Part shown: positions 56,458 to 64,000 of the stretch, one piece after another
Layout: every line of letters starts with the position of its first letter
Position numbering within the stretch: position 1 is the stretch's first letter
Assembly (NCBI GenBank): GCA_964536305.1
Contig: CAZHVY010000013.1
Coordinates: 3,645 to 67,644, forward strand
Length of the DNA stretch: 64,000 nt
Reading direction: 5' to 3'
From: an uncultured Geobacter sp.
GTDB taxonomy: Bacteria; Desulfobacterota; Desulfuromonadia; Geobacterales; Geobacteraceae
Made by a program: the position numbers and the translations under genes
Notes under the pieces: model-generated
Told to the model about the DNA's origin: nothing
What the model saw: only the letters and a program-made list of their open reading frames with translations
Databases searched by the model: none

Positions 56458-57501
56458 ATGAAATACCGGCGTCTCCCCGGAAAAAAAAGCGGCCTGGGCC
56501 ACTGGATAACACTCTGGATGGGGGAGGACCATCTCCTGGCCGTGGATTCCAACGGCTATTCGGAGAGTTATACCCGCTATTACTACAAGGACATCAAGGC
56601 AATAGCCGCCAGAAGGACCAACGGCATGCTTATATGGAACGGAGTCCTGGGCGCCGCTTTGTTTTTCTGCCTCATTATCCTGTTTTCCTCTTCAGGCGCC
56701 GCCGCGCCCTGGACAGTCACCATGACGATCCTGGCGGCGGCGTTTCTGGCGGGGATAGTCGTCAACACCCTTCTGGGACCGACCTGCCGATGTACAATAT
56801 CCATGCCTCTGGGTGTCTATGAACTCCCCACCCTGAAAAGGATCAGGTCGGCAAGGAAGGCCCTTGATCTGCTACGGCCGCTTGTCGCCGCTATTCAGGG
56901 ACCGATGCCCACTCCCGATGCCTTTGCCGGGACAGCGGCGCCGCCTGAGCGGCGCGTGGAACCGGTTCACTTTTCCGCCATGGCCGAACCGCCGGAGGCT
57001 GGGGAAAGCGCGGCGCCATATGGCGGAGGGGCGCATTATGCCGCTTTTTCCCTGCTCATCGCGCAGGCTTTGTCAGGTGTGACGGCGATGGAGTTCCAGG
57101 GCGCGCCGTTCAAGGCCTTTTACGGGGTCCTGACCTTTTGCCTGTTCGTCTGTCTGGTGGCCGCGGTCATCAAGCAGCGCTCCCGGACCATACCCCGCCT
57201 GGCCGGAAGGATGGTCTGGACCGCGATCATTTCCCTGACCTGCTCGGTTTTTTCCGCCTATTACGCCGGCGCCTTTATGACCGTCCTGAAGACCGGGGGC
57301 AAGGAAAGTCCGGCAATGGACGTGACGGTGATTGCCTCCGATGTGGCCGCGCATCCTTATTTTCCCTTGTTCATTATCAGTCTTTCCATCTGGGGGGCTC
57401 TCCTTGGGGTTGCCGGTATCTACTCTCTTATCAGGGATAAAGGGCGCAGCGGCCCTCCCGGAACTGCGGGCGCGGACCGGTCGGGGGATCTCTCTTCATG
57501 A
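56458..57501 (+). CDS. polytopic membrane protein, function unknown
   Basis: 347 aa with at least 6 hydrophobic segments. No recognised motif. Confidence 0.55.
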   Translation: MKYRRLPGKKSGLGHWITLWMGEDHLLAVDSNGYSESYTRYYYKDIKAIAARRTNGMLIWNGVLGAALFFCLIILFSSSGAAAPWTVTMTILAAAFLAGIVVNTLLGPTCRCTISMPLGVYELPTLKRIRSARKALDLLRPLVAAIQGPMPTPDAFAGTAAPPERRVEPVHFSAMAEPPEAGESAAPYGGGAHYAAFSLLIAQALSGVTAMEFQGAPFKAFYGVLTFCLFVCLVAAVIKQRSRTIPRLAGRMVWTAIISLTCSVFSAYYAGAFMTVLKTGGKESPAMDVTVIASDVAAHPYFPLFIISLSIWGALLGVAGIYSLIRDKGRSGPPGTAGADRSGDLSS

Positions 57502-57818
57502 GCCGTCTGGCTGAAAAACGTTGTCGCAACCACCCTCAACGCGAGGCTGTTGCCAGGTGCGTTGGCTGCGGCCTGTATTTTTGCCGGGAGTGCATTGTAG
57601 AGCATGAGGAAAGGATGACCTGCGCCGCGTGTCTTCCCCCGCTGGGAAAACGGCGTGCGCGAAAGAGGTTCTTCCCGGTTCTCACATCGCTTCTCCGCGT
57701 CACATGCGGAGTGTTCATCGTCTGGCTTGTCTTTTACGCCATGGGAGCTGTCCTGGTAACCCTGTCCACCCGTTATGCCCTCCTGACGCTCCATGACCTC
57801 CCCCTGTTCAGGCCATGA
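57498..57818 (+). CDS. small B-box-like zinc-finger membrane protein
   Basis: CRNHPQREAVARCVGCGLYFCRECIVEHEERMTCAACL followed by TM segments. ATGA overlap on both sides. Confidence 0.6.
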   Translation: MSRLAEKRCRNHPQREAVARCVGCGLYFCRECIVEHEERMTCAACLPPLGKRRARKRFFPVLTSLLRVTCGVFIVWLVFYAMGAVLVTLSTRYALLTLHDLPLFRP

Positions 57819-59479
57819 AAACGGACAGCGCATTCCGTCACGGGAAAAAGGGAAAAGGGGCGGTGGAGCTCATGGAGGAGGCGGTTTCACTGGTGCGCCG
57901 GGCGTCGGCGGCAGACCTGTCCGGTTATCTTCTGGGGGTTTTGCCCTTCATCCTGTACCTTCTATATTTCATTGACCGAAGAACCGGCGCCTCGGGCGCG
58001 GATCGCCTTCTGGCGGAATCCTTTATCCTCTCCCTGCTGTATATCTGGATGAAATACCGGCAGTCCGTTTTTGCCGCAAGGCTCATGGCCAGGCTCCGTA
58101 ATACCCGCCCCGGGAGATTCCGGACCCTGGGCGCCTTGACGTCGCAGACGGCTCTTCAGCCATGGAGTCTTCTCTGTGTTCCGCTGGCGGCGCTTCTCAC
58201 CGTCCCGTTCGGGTGGTTCTATGCATTTTTTCAGAACGTCACCGTGTTCGGGTCCGAGGGCGATACCGCCGCGGTTTTCAGAAACGCCCGTCGCCACTCC
58301 CTTCTCTTTCCGGCCCAGAATCTGCTGGTAATCCTGATTGCCTTTGTCATGATCCTGATTATTTTCATGAATATCTGCGCGGCCGCGGTCATGCTTCCCG
58401 TCTTCCTGAAGAAGCTGCTTGGCATCGAGACGGCATTTTCACGGAGCGCCCATTTCTTTTTCAATACCTCTTTTCTGGCTTTTCTGGTGGCTCTTGCCTG
58501 CGTGTGCGTAGATCCCTTCCTGAAGGCGGCGTATGTGCTCCGCTGTCATTACGGCCAGTGCGTGGAGACGGGAGCGGATCTCCTTTGCGAACTGAGGGAG
58601 CTTCGCCGGAAGATCGGCAAGACGGTTGCTGTATTCGCCGGAGCGGCCTCCCTGCTGACGGCTCTTGCCGTAACGCCAACGATGGCGTCTCCCGGGATTC
58701 CAGGCCCCCTTGATCCAAAAGTCGACGTTATCGCCGCAGATGCCGGAGAACTGGACAGGGCCATTGCGGATGTGATGAAAAGGCCCGAGTTCTCATGGCC
58801 TTCCAGCCGGAATGCCTGTCAGCATGAGAAGCAATCCATCCCCGGGTTCCCGGCTTCCATCCTGTCGACTCTCAAAAGTTGGGCGACGCAGGTAGGGAAA
58901 TGGATAAGGGATCTGCTCCAGTGGATCGCCGAACACATGAAGCCCTCGCCCAAGACTGATTCGGCCGACCGGGGTGGAGACCGGCGCCCATGGACGATCC
59001 CGGTCGTGATGCTGGGGCTTTGCGCAATCCTGCTTAGTATCTGTGGTGTCATGCTGTGGCGCCGCTTTTCGGAACGCCGGCGGGCGCTTGTTCCCCTCCC
59101 GTCCGGGGAGGTTCCTGCCGTGCCGGATCTCCGCGATGAGGCCGTAACCCCCGATGAGCTTGCCGTGGAAGGCTGGCGACGGCTGGCCGAGGAGCTTCTG
59201 GCGCAAGGGGAGGCCCGCCTCGCCATTCGGGCCCTCTATTTCGCCTCCATCGCCCATCTGAACGGAACAGGAGTCCTTGTAATGGACAGGGCCAAATCGG
59301 ATCGGGACTACGAGCGGGAAGTGGCGAGAAGGGCCCATTCCACCCCGCTCCTCCTTGAAGCCTTTTCCGGAAACGTCTCCCTGTTTCAGCGTGTATGGTA
59401 TGGCGTGCATTCAGTGGATGGAGCGATGCTGGACGCCTTTGTCGCCAATTGCGCGAGGATATCCGCCCATGCGCGCTGA
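57815..59479 (+). CDS. polytopic membrane protein with DUF4129-like C-terminal domain
   Basis: Multiple TM segments. C-terminus WRRLAEELLAQGEARLAIRALYFASIAHL...DRAKSDRDYEREVARRA resembles DUF4129. Confidence 0.6.
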   Translation: MKTDSAFRHGKKGKGAVELMEEAVSLVRRASAADLSGYLLGVLPFILYLLYFIDRRTGASGADRLLAESFILSLLYIWMKYRQSVFAARLMARLRNTRPGRFRTLGALTSQTALQPWSLLCVPLAALLTVPFGWFYAFFQNVTVFGSEGDTAAVFRNARRHSLLFPAQNLLVILIAFVMILIIFMNICAAAVMLPVFLKKLLGIETAFSRSAHFFFNTSFLAFLVALACVCVDPFLKAAYVLRCHYGQCVETGADLLCELRELRRKIGKTVAVFAGAASLLTALAVTPTMASPGIPGPLDPKVDVIAADAGELDRAIADVMKRPEFSWPSSRNACQHEKQSIPGFPASILSTLKSWATQVGKWIRDLLQWIAEHMKPSPKTDSADRGGDRRPWTIPVVMLGLCAILLSICGVMLWRRFSERRRALVPLPSGEVPAVPDLRDEAVTPDELAVEGWRRLAEELLAQGEARLAIRALYFASIAHLNGTGVLVMDRAKSDRDYEREVARRAHSTPLLLEAFSGNVSLFQRVWYGVHSVDGAMLDAFVANCARISAHAR

Positions 59480-60695
59480 CGGGAGGATGTTCACGGCCCT
59501 GTTGCTTCTGCTTTTGTGCGCATTCGGCGCCGGTGTCTATTCGCTCCTTCACAACCGCTTTGAAAGGGGGGACGACTATCCTCCCTTTTCGACCTTCCGC
59601 AGCGATCCCGATGGAACGAGGGCGTTTTACCTGGCGCTCGGACGATTGCCCGGCATGGAGGCGCGGCGCAATTTTCTGGAGCCGGACCGCCTCCCTCAGG
59701 AAACGGGAACGACCTTCTTTTTCCTGGGAGTCGACCCTGTCGCCATGCGCGCCATAACGAAAAAGGATATGGATGCGCTGGAGCGGCTTGCCCGGAGGGG
59801 GAATCGTCTGGTCTTCGCCTTTGCCCCCGCAAGGGGGGGCAAGGGGCGAGGGGAGGGAGGGGATAATGGGGGTGATCCGCCGGGGAATGCCTCAGGCCGG
59901 AAGACGGGAGGGAGGCCGGATGGCGCGCCGTGCGGTTGCCTTTCCTGGAGGTGGAACGTGATCCTCTACGACACCCCGCCGGGAAAGGCGCCCCGCGCAG
60001 GCGTGGGGAGGGCGATCCCGGCGCCCGGTGAGAAGGGGCTTCCCGCCGGCATTCCCTTGAGGTCCAGCCTCGTCTTCAGGCCGGACGGAAATTACTGGAG
60101 AACCGTCTATTCCGTGGGCGGCGAGGCAGTTCTCATCGAGCGTCCTTTGGGAAGGGGGAGCATGGTCATGCTGGCGGACGCATATCCGGCAAGCAACGCG
60201 GCTATGCCGCGCGAGAGATACCCGGCCCTCCTTCTGCGCCTCCTGGGTGGGAACCGGACAGCGGTATTCGATGAAACCCATCTCGGTGTAGTTGAGACCC
60301 CGGGGATGATATGGCTGGTGAAAAAATACCGCCTGGCGGGATTTTTCGCGGCCCTTCTTCTCCTGGCCGGTCTCTTCGTGTGGAAGAATTCGATCCCGCT
60401 CGCGCCCCGCTTCCGTCCGGGGCGAGGCGGAGACGGGGGGATAATCACGGACAGGGATGCCATGGGAGGTCTCATAAGCCTGCTGCGCCGGAACATCCCC
60501 AGGCCGGAGATACTGGATATCTGTTTCCGGGAGTGGACGAAATCCTTTTCGCGTGAATACCGGCAAGGCGATGCGACATGGGAGAGGATGAAGCTGGTTG
60601 TGGAGCGGGAGAGGTCGAAGCCTCCCGCCAAAAGGGATGCGGCGGCGGGATACAGCGCCATTGCGCGGATACTCGAGGAGAGGAAAAGAGCATGA
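59469..60695 (+). CDS. DUF4350-like protein (N- and C-terminal TM)
   Basis: TM, then FSTFRSDPDGTRAFYLALGRL. Its position before MoxR matches known DUF4350-MoxR-DUF58 neighbourhoods. The ATG at 59469 overlaps the upstream stop. Confidence 0.55.
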   Translation: MRADGRMFTALLLLLLCAFGAGVYSLLHNRFERGDDYPPFSTFRSDPDGTRAFYLALGRLPGMEARRNFLEPDRLPQETGTTFFFLGVDPVAMRAITKKDMDALERLARRGNRLVFAFAPARGGKGRGEGGDNGGDPPGNASGRKTGGRPDGAPCGCLSWRWNVILYDTPPGKAPRAGVGRAIPAPGEKGLPAGIPLRSSLVFRPDGNYWRTVYSVGGEAVLIERPLGRGSMVMLADAYPASNAAMPRERYPALLLRLLGGNRTAVFDETHLGVVETPGMIWLVKKYRLAGFFAALLLLAGLFVWKNSIPLAPRFRPGRGGDGGIITDRDAMGGLISLLRRNIPRPEILDICFREWTKSFSREYRQGDATWERMKLVVERERSKPPAKRDAAAGYSAIARILEERKRA

Positions 60696-61657
60696 GTGAC
60701 GGATTGTCTCGGCTGATGGAGGTTACGGGGAGGATCAGGGAGCAGGTGGCGAAGGTCATCATAGGCCAGCATGAGGTCGTCGACAAGGCCCTTATTACGG
60801 TGCTGGCCGGCGGGCACGCGCTCCTGGAGGGTGCGCCCGGAGTGGGGAAAACCCTTCTGGTCCGGACCCTGGCGAAAACCCTGGGAGGGGTTTTTTCCCG
60901 CATCCAGTTTACGCCGGACCTGATGCCGGCGGATATTACCGGAACCAACGTATTCAATATGAAAACCAATGAATTCGTGCTGAGTCCGGGGCCGGTTTTC
61001 TGCGGCTTCCTCTTGGCTGACGAGATAAACCGCGCCCCTGCCAAAACCCAGTCGGCCCTTCTCCAGGCCATGCAGGAAAAGACCGTGACCATTGATCGCA
61101 AGACCTACCGGCTTCCGGCGGGGTTCACCGTGTTCGCTACCCAGAATCCGGTGGAGTTCGAGGGGACCTATCCCCTTCCCGAGGCCCAGAAGGACCGTTT
61201 CCTGCTGAAGATTGACATGGGACAACTGGAGCGGGAAGAAGAGCTGTCACTGGTGATGCGCACCCTGGGCCCCGACGCCCCGGAAGAAATGCTGGCCGCC
61301 AACCGGGTGGAGCGCGTCGTTGCTGCGGACGAGGCGCTGAAATTGCGGGAGCTTCTGAGGGAACTGACTGTCCGTGATGAGGTGGCGGGGTATGCCCTCG
61401 ACGTGGTGCGAGCCACCCGAACACATAATGCCGTGCAACTGGGCGCGGGACCCCGGGCCGCCCAGTCCCTTGCCCTGGCGATCCGGGCGTGCGCCGCCGT
61501 CTCGGGACGGGATTTCGTAACCCCGGACGACGTCCGCCGCATGGCCGCGCCGGTGCTGGAACACCGGGTCATCGTCCAGCCTGATTTCGAAATCGAGGGA
61601 TTGACCTCCGTGGAGATCATTGAATCAATCCTGCGCGAGATACCGGTGCCCAGGTGA
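60692..61657 (+). CDS. MoxR-family AAA+ ATPase
   Basis: IIGQHEVVDKALITVLAGGHALLEGAPGVGKT (Walker A), LLADEINRAPAKTQSALLQAMQE (Walker B/sensor), ~320 aa. Confidence 0.92.
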   Translation: MSDGLSRLMEVTGRIREQVAKVIIGQHEVVDKALITVLAGGHALLEGAPGVGKTLLVRTLAKTLGGVFSRIQFTPDLMPADITGTNVFNMKTNEFVLSPGPVFCGFLLADEINRAPAKTQSALLQAMQEKTVTIDRKTYRLPAGFTVFATQNPVEFEGTYPLPEAQKDRFLLKIDMGQLEREEELSLVMRTLGPDAPEEMLAANRVERVVAADEALKLRELLRELTVRDEVAGYALDVVRATRTHNAVQLGAGPRAAQSLALAIRACAAVSGRDFVTPDDVRRMAAPVLEHRVIVQPDFEIEGLTSVEIIESILREIPVPR

Positions 61658-62994
61658 TCATCCCCGCTCAGAGACTCCTCCTGGCGTTCAGCCTGACGGT
61701 TCTTCCCGCGTCCCTGGCGCCTCTCTTCACCGGGTACGGAATGGAGCTGTTCGCGGGGGCTCTCCTGCTCCTCTCCATGATCGCGGCAGTGGACGCCGTC
61801 GTGTCTCTGGCCGGGGTGAAGGGCATCGCCATTGATTTTCCGGCCCGGCTCAATGTGGCCCGGCGTCGCGAAGCGTTTCTCCATGTGCGCCTTTCCCATG
61901 GGAAGGGGCGCCCGCTGTCCCTTGCTCTCGGTCTGGAGATCCCCCCCGCCCTCTCTTCTCCCTGGACCACTGTTCCGGTGGTCCTCCCGGAAAAGGGGGG
62001 AGATATGGCGGTCTCATGGCCGCTGACCGGACTGGATCGGGGTGTTCACCTTATCGGGAGATGCCGCGTCCGGACCACCTCCCCCCTGGGGCTCTGGCTT
62101 GCGCAGTCGGCGCTTGACACGGGTGTGTGGGTCCATGTCTATCCGCCTCTCCATGAAGAGCGGAAAAAGCTTGCCGCGCTCTTCACGCGCCGCAACGATA
62201 TGCTGCTCCGTCCCCAGCGCCAGATAGGCCGCGGAAGGGAGTTTGAAAAGCTTCGCAACTACCTGCCGGGAGACAGTCTGGGAGATATCCACTGGAAGGC
62301 CACCGCCAGGCGGGGCCATCCCGTGACCAAGGAGTTCCGCATCGAGCGCACCCAGGAAGTCTATTGCATCATCGACGCCTCCAGGCTGAGTGCGCGGAGG
62401 GAGCCGGACAGGGGCGGCGTCGCCGGGGATTCCTTCCTGGACGCCTGCATCTCCGCGAGTCTGCTGCTGGCCGGCATTGCCCTGCGTCAGGGTGACCTTT
62501 TCGGTGTAATGACATTCAGCGACCAGCCCATCTCCTTTATCCGGGCTGCGGGCGGCATGGGTCATTTCGGGGTCTGCAGGGAAACGCTTTATCAGACCCA
62601 GCCGTCCCTGGTGACTCCGGATTTCGCGGAAACGGCGTCGTTTCTGGCTTCGAGGCTCCGGCGCCGGGCTCTTCTGCTGTTCCTGACAAGTCTGGACGAA
62701 CCTGTCCTGGCCGACGCTTTCAGCCGCTCCATCCAAGTCCTGGCCGGTCGTCACCTGGCCCTGGTGCACTCGGTCAGCCCGGCCGCGGCCCACCCCTTGT
62801 TTTCGGATTCAGGGGCGGACGATGCGGATGATCTGTATGACAGGCTGGGCGGGCACCTGGTGTGGCACGGCCTGCGACGGACCGTGGAGACCCTGCGGCT
62901 CCGTGGCGTGGAAATGGCTTTGACGGACCGGGAAAGGTTCTGCGCGTCCCTGGCGGCGCGCTACCTCAACGTGAAGCGGAGGCAGATACTGTGA
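61654..62994 (+). CDS. DUF58-domain protein (vWA-like partner of MoxR)
   Basis: N-terminal TM pair, then GREFEKLRNYLPGDSLGDIHWKATARRGHPVTKEF, the characteristic DUF58 core. GTGA overlap with MoxR. Confidence 0.85.
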   Translation: MIIPAQRLLLAFSLTVLPASLAPLFTGYGMELFAGALLLLSMIAAVDAVVSLAGVKGIAIDFPARLNVARRREAFLHVRLSHGKGRPLSLALGLEIPPALSSPWTTVPVVLPEKGGDMAVSWPLTGLDRGVHLIGRCRVRTTSPLGLWLAQSALDTGVWVHVYPPLHEERKKLAALFTRRNDMLLRPQRQIGRGREFEKLRNYLPGDSLGDIHWKATARRGHPVTKEFRIERTQEVYCIIDASRLSARREPDRGGVAGDSFLDACISASLLLAGIALRQGDLFGVMTFSDQPISFIRAAGGMGHFGVCRETLYQTQPSLVTPDFAETASFLASRLRRRALLLFLTSLDEPVLADAFSRSIQVLAGRHLALVHSVSPAAAHPLFSDSGADDADDLYDRLGGHLVWHGLRRTVETLRLRGVEMALTDRERFCASLAARYLNVKRRQIL

Positions 62995-64000
62995 TTGCCG
63001 ATCTGGATCGATTCGTCGCCGAGGAAGCCCCTTTCTGGAAGGAACTTGAGGGGATCCTGGACAGGATTGAGAGCGATATCGCCTGGCGGATGGATATGGC
63101 CGGGGTGCGCCGTTTTCACTACCTGTACCAGAGAGCCTCCAGCGATCTCGCGCGCATGGGAAGCTTTGCCGCTGATCCCGAGCTTCGTTTCTATCTGGAA
63201 TCCCTGGTGGCCCGAAGCTTCAGCGAGATACACGGGTCGCGCGGGAGAACCGCGGGCTTTGCCCTGTTTACCTGGTTTTTCCGGACCTTTCCCGCAACAT
63301 TCCGCCGCCACTTCCGGGCATTTGCCCTGGCGTTGGCCATGACCCTCCTGGGGGGGGTCTTCGGCGCGGCGACCCTGCATCTGGATCGGGCCGACAAGGA
63401 GATACTGCTTCCCTTCGAGCATCTGCTGGGCAATCCGGAGGAACGGGTCGCCAGAGAGGAGAGGGGAGTTGACCGTAACCTGGCCTCCGGGAAACTGACC
63501 TTTTCCGGTTACCTCATGACCCACAACACGCGGGTAGCCATATCCTGCCTGGCCCTTGGCCTGACCTTCGGCATCGGTACGCTCATGTATCTTTTCTATA
63601 ACGGCGTGATCCTGGGAGCGGTGGTTCTGGACTATCTCGCCGCGGGCAAGGGGGCGTTTCTGGCGGGCTGGCTCCTCCCTCACGGGGTCATCGAGATCCC
63701 GGCAATCCTCATTGCCGGCCAGGGCGGGTTCGTTCTTGCCGGAGCTTTGCTGGGAGGCGCGGGGGGGCTTCCCCTCGGGGAGCGGTTCCGGCTTGTCCGG
63801 GGGGACCTTGCCACCCTTATGGGCGGCGTCGCGCTGATGCTGGTGTGGGCCGGCCTGGTGGAGGCGCTTTTTTCCCAGTACCATGAACCGGTGCTACCCT
63901 ATTCACTCAAGATCGCCTTCGGCTGCGCCGAGCTGCTTGCCCTGACGATGTTCCTCTCCCATGGCGGCGCATCCGGAAAGAAATCCGTTCACGGTGGGGC
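62991..64000 (+). CDS. SpoIIM/DUF95-like integral membrane protein (partial, runs off the window end)
   Basis: Translated by hand from the GTG at 62991: VIADLDRFVAEEAPFWKELE...THNTRVAISCLALGLTFGIGTLMYLFYNGVILG...LLPHGVIEIPAILIAGQGG. There is no stop before 64000. It is absent from the ORF track, presumably because no stop lies inside the window. Confidence 0.7.
   Translation, partial: MIADLDRFVAEEAPFWKELEGILDRIESDIAWRMDMAGVRRFHYLYQRASSDLARMGSFAADPELRFYLESLVARSFSEIHGSRGRTAGFALFTWFFRTFPATFRRHFRAFALALAMTLLGGVFGAATLHLDRADKEILLPFEHLLGNPEERVAREERGVDRNLASGKLTFSGYLMTHNTRVAISCLALGLTFGIGTLMYLFYNGVILGAVVLDYLAAGKGAFLAGWLLPHGVIEIPAILIAGQGGFVLAGALLGGAGGLPLGERFRLVRGDLATLMGGVALMLVWAGLVEALFSQYHEPVLPYSLKIAFGCAELLALTMFLSHGGASGKKSVHGG

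Noticed and set aside
60107-61225. 372-aa minus-strand ORF; also 62961-63884 (307 aa) and 61168-61899 (243 aa) on the minus strand
   Set aside because: They are antisense to the DUF4350-like, MoxR, DUF58 and SpoIIM-like genes, which have clear motifs and coupled junctions.

Overview
Gene-dense 64-kb chromosomal segment of a GC-rich diderm bacterium. The futalosine menaquinone genes, a sigma-54 activator and G/C-rich palindromic intergenic repeats fit a Desulfobacterota-like anaerobe, but the sequence alone cannot prove this. Left to right: the 3' tail of a ketosynthase/dehydratase/LolA-like lipid cluster; a LysM L,D-transpeptidase; exeA/exeB-like gspA-gspB; a minus-strand block lon-thiL-cheR-MCP-cheW-cheA; a secreted TPR protein; rlpA; mqnD-mqnB; a visibly more A+T-rich ~5-kb insert with an S-layer-like lipoprotein and a clostripain-type (C11) lipoprotein peptidase; directly downstream a complete type II secretion operon gspCDEFGHIJKLM(N); bamD and typA; a tandem pseudo-receiver protein with two hsp20 genes; ppiC; a triple-GAF sigma-54 activator next to an uncharacterised 615-aa protein; class II aldolase-queC-folE2; a CDF transporter; trxB. 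The window ends with a nine-gene operon with overlapping start/stop codons (RDD, two B-box-like zinc-finger membrane proteins, DUF4129-like, DUF4350-like, MoxR, DUF58, SpoIIM-like) that runs off the right edge. I saw no rRNA, tRNA, CRISPR array, transposase or integrase. Several short structured repeat families populate the intergenic gaps, including two gaps inside the T2SS operon. The best candidates for uncharacterised biology are the MoxR/zinc-finger membrane operon, the lipoprotein pair upstream of the T2SS, and the 615-aa protein beside the activator. All domain calls come from motifs read by eye, not from database searches.
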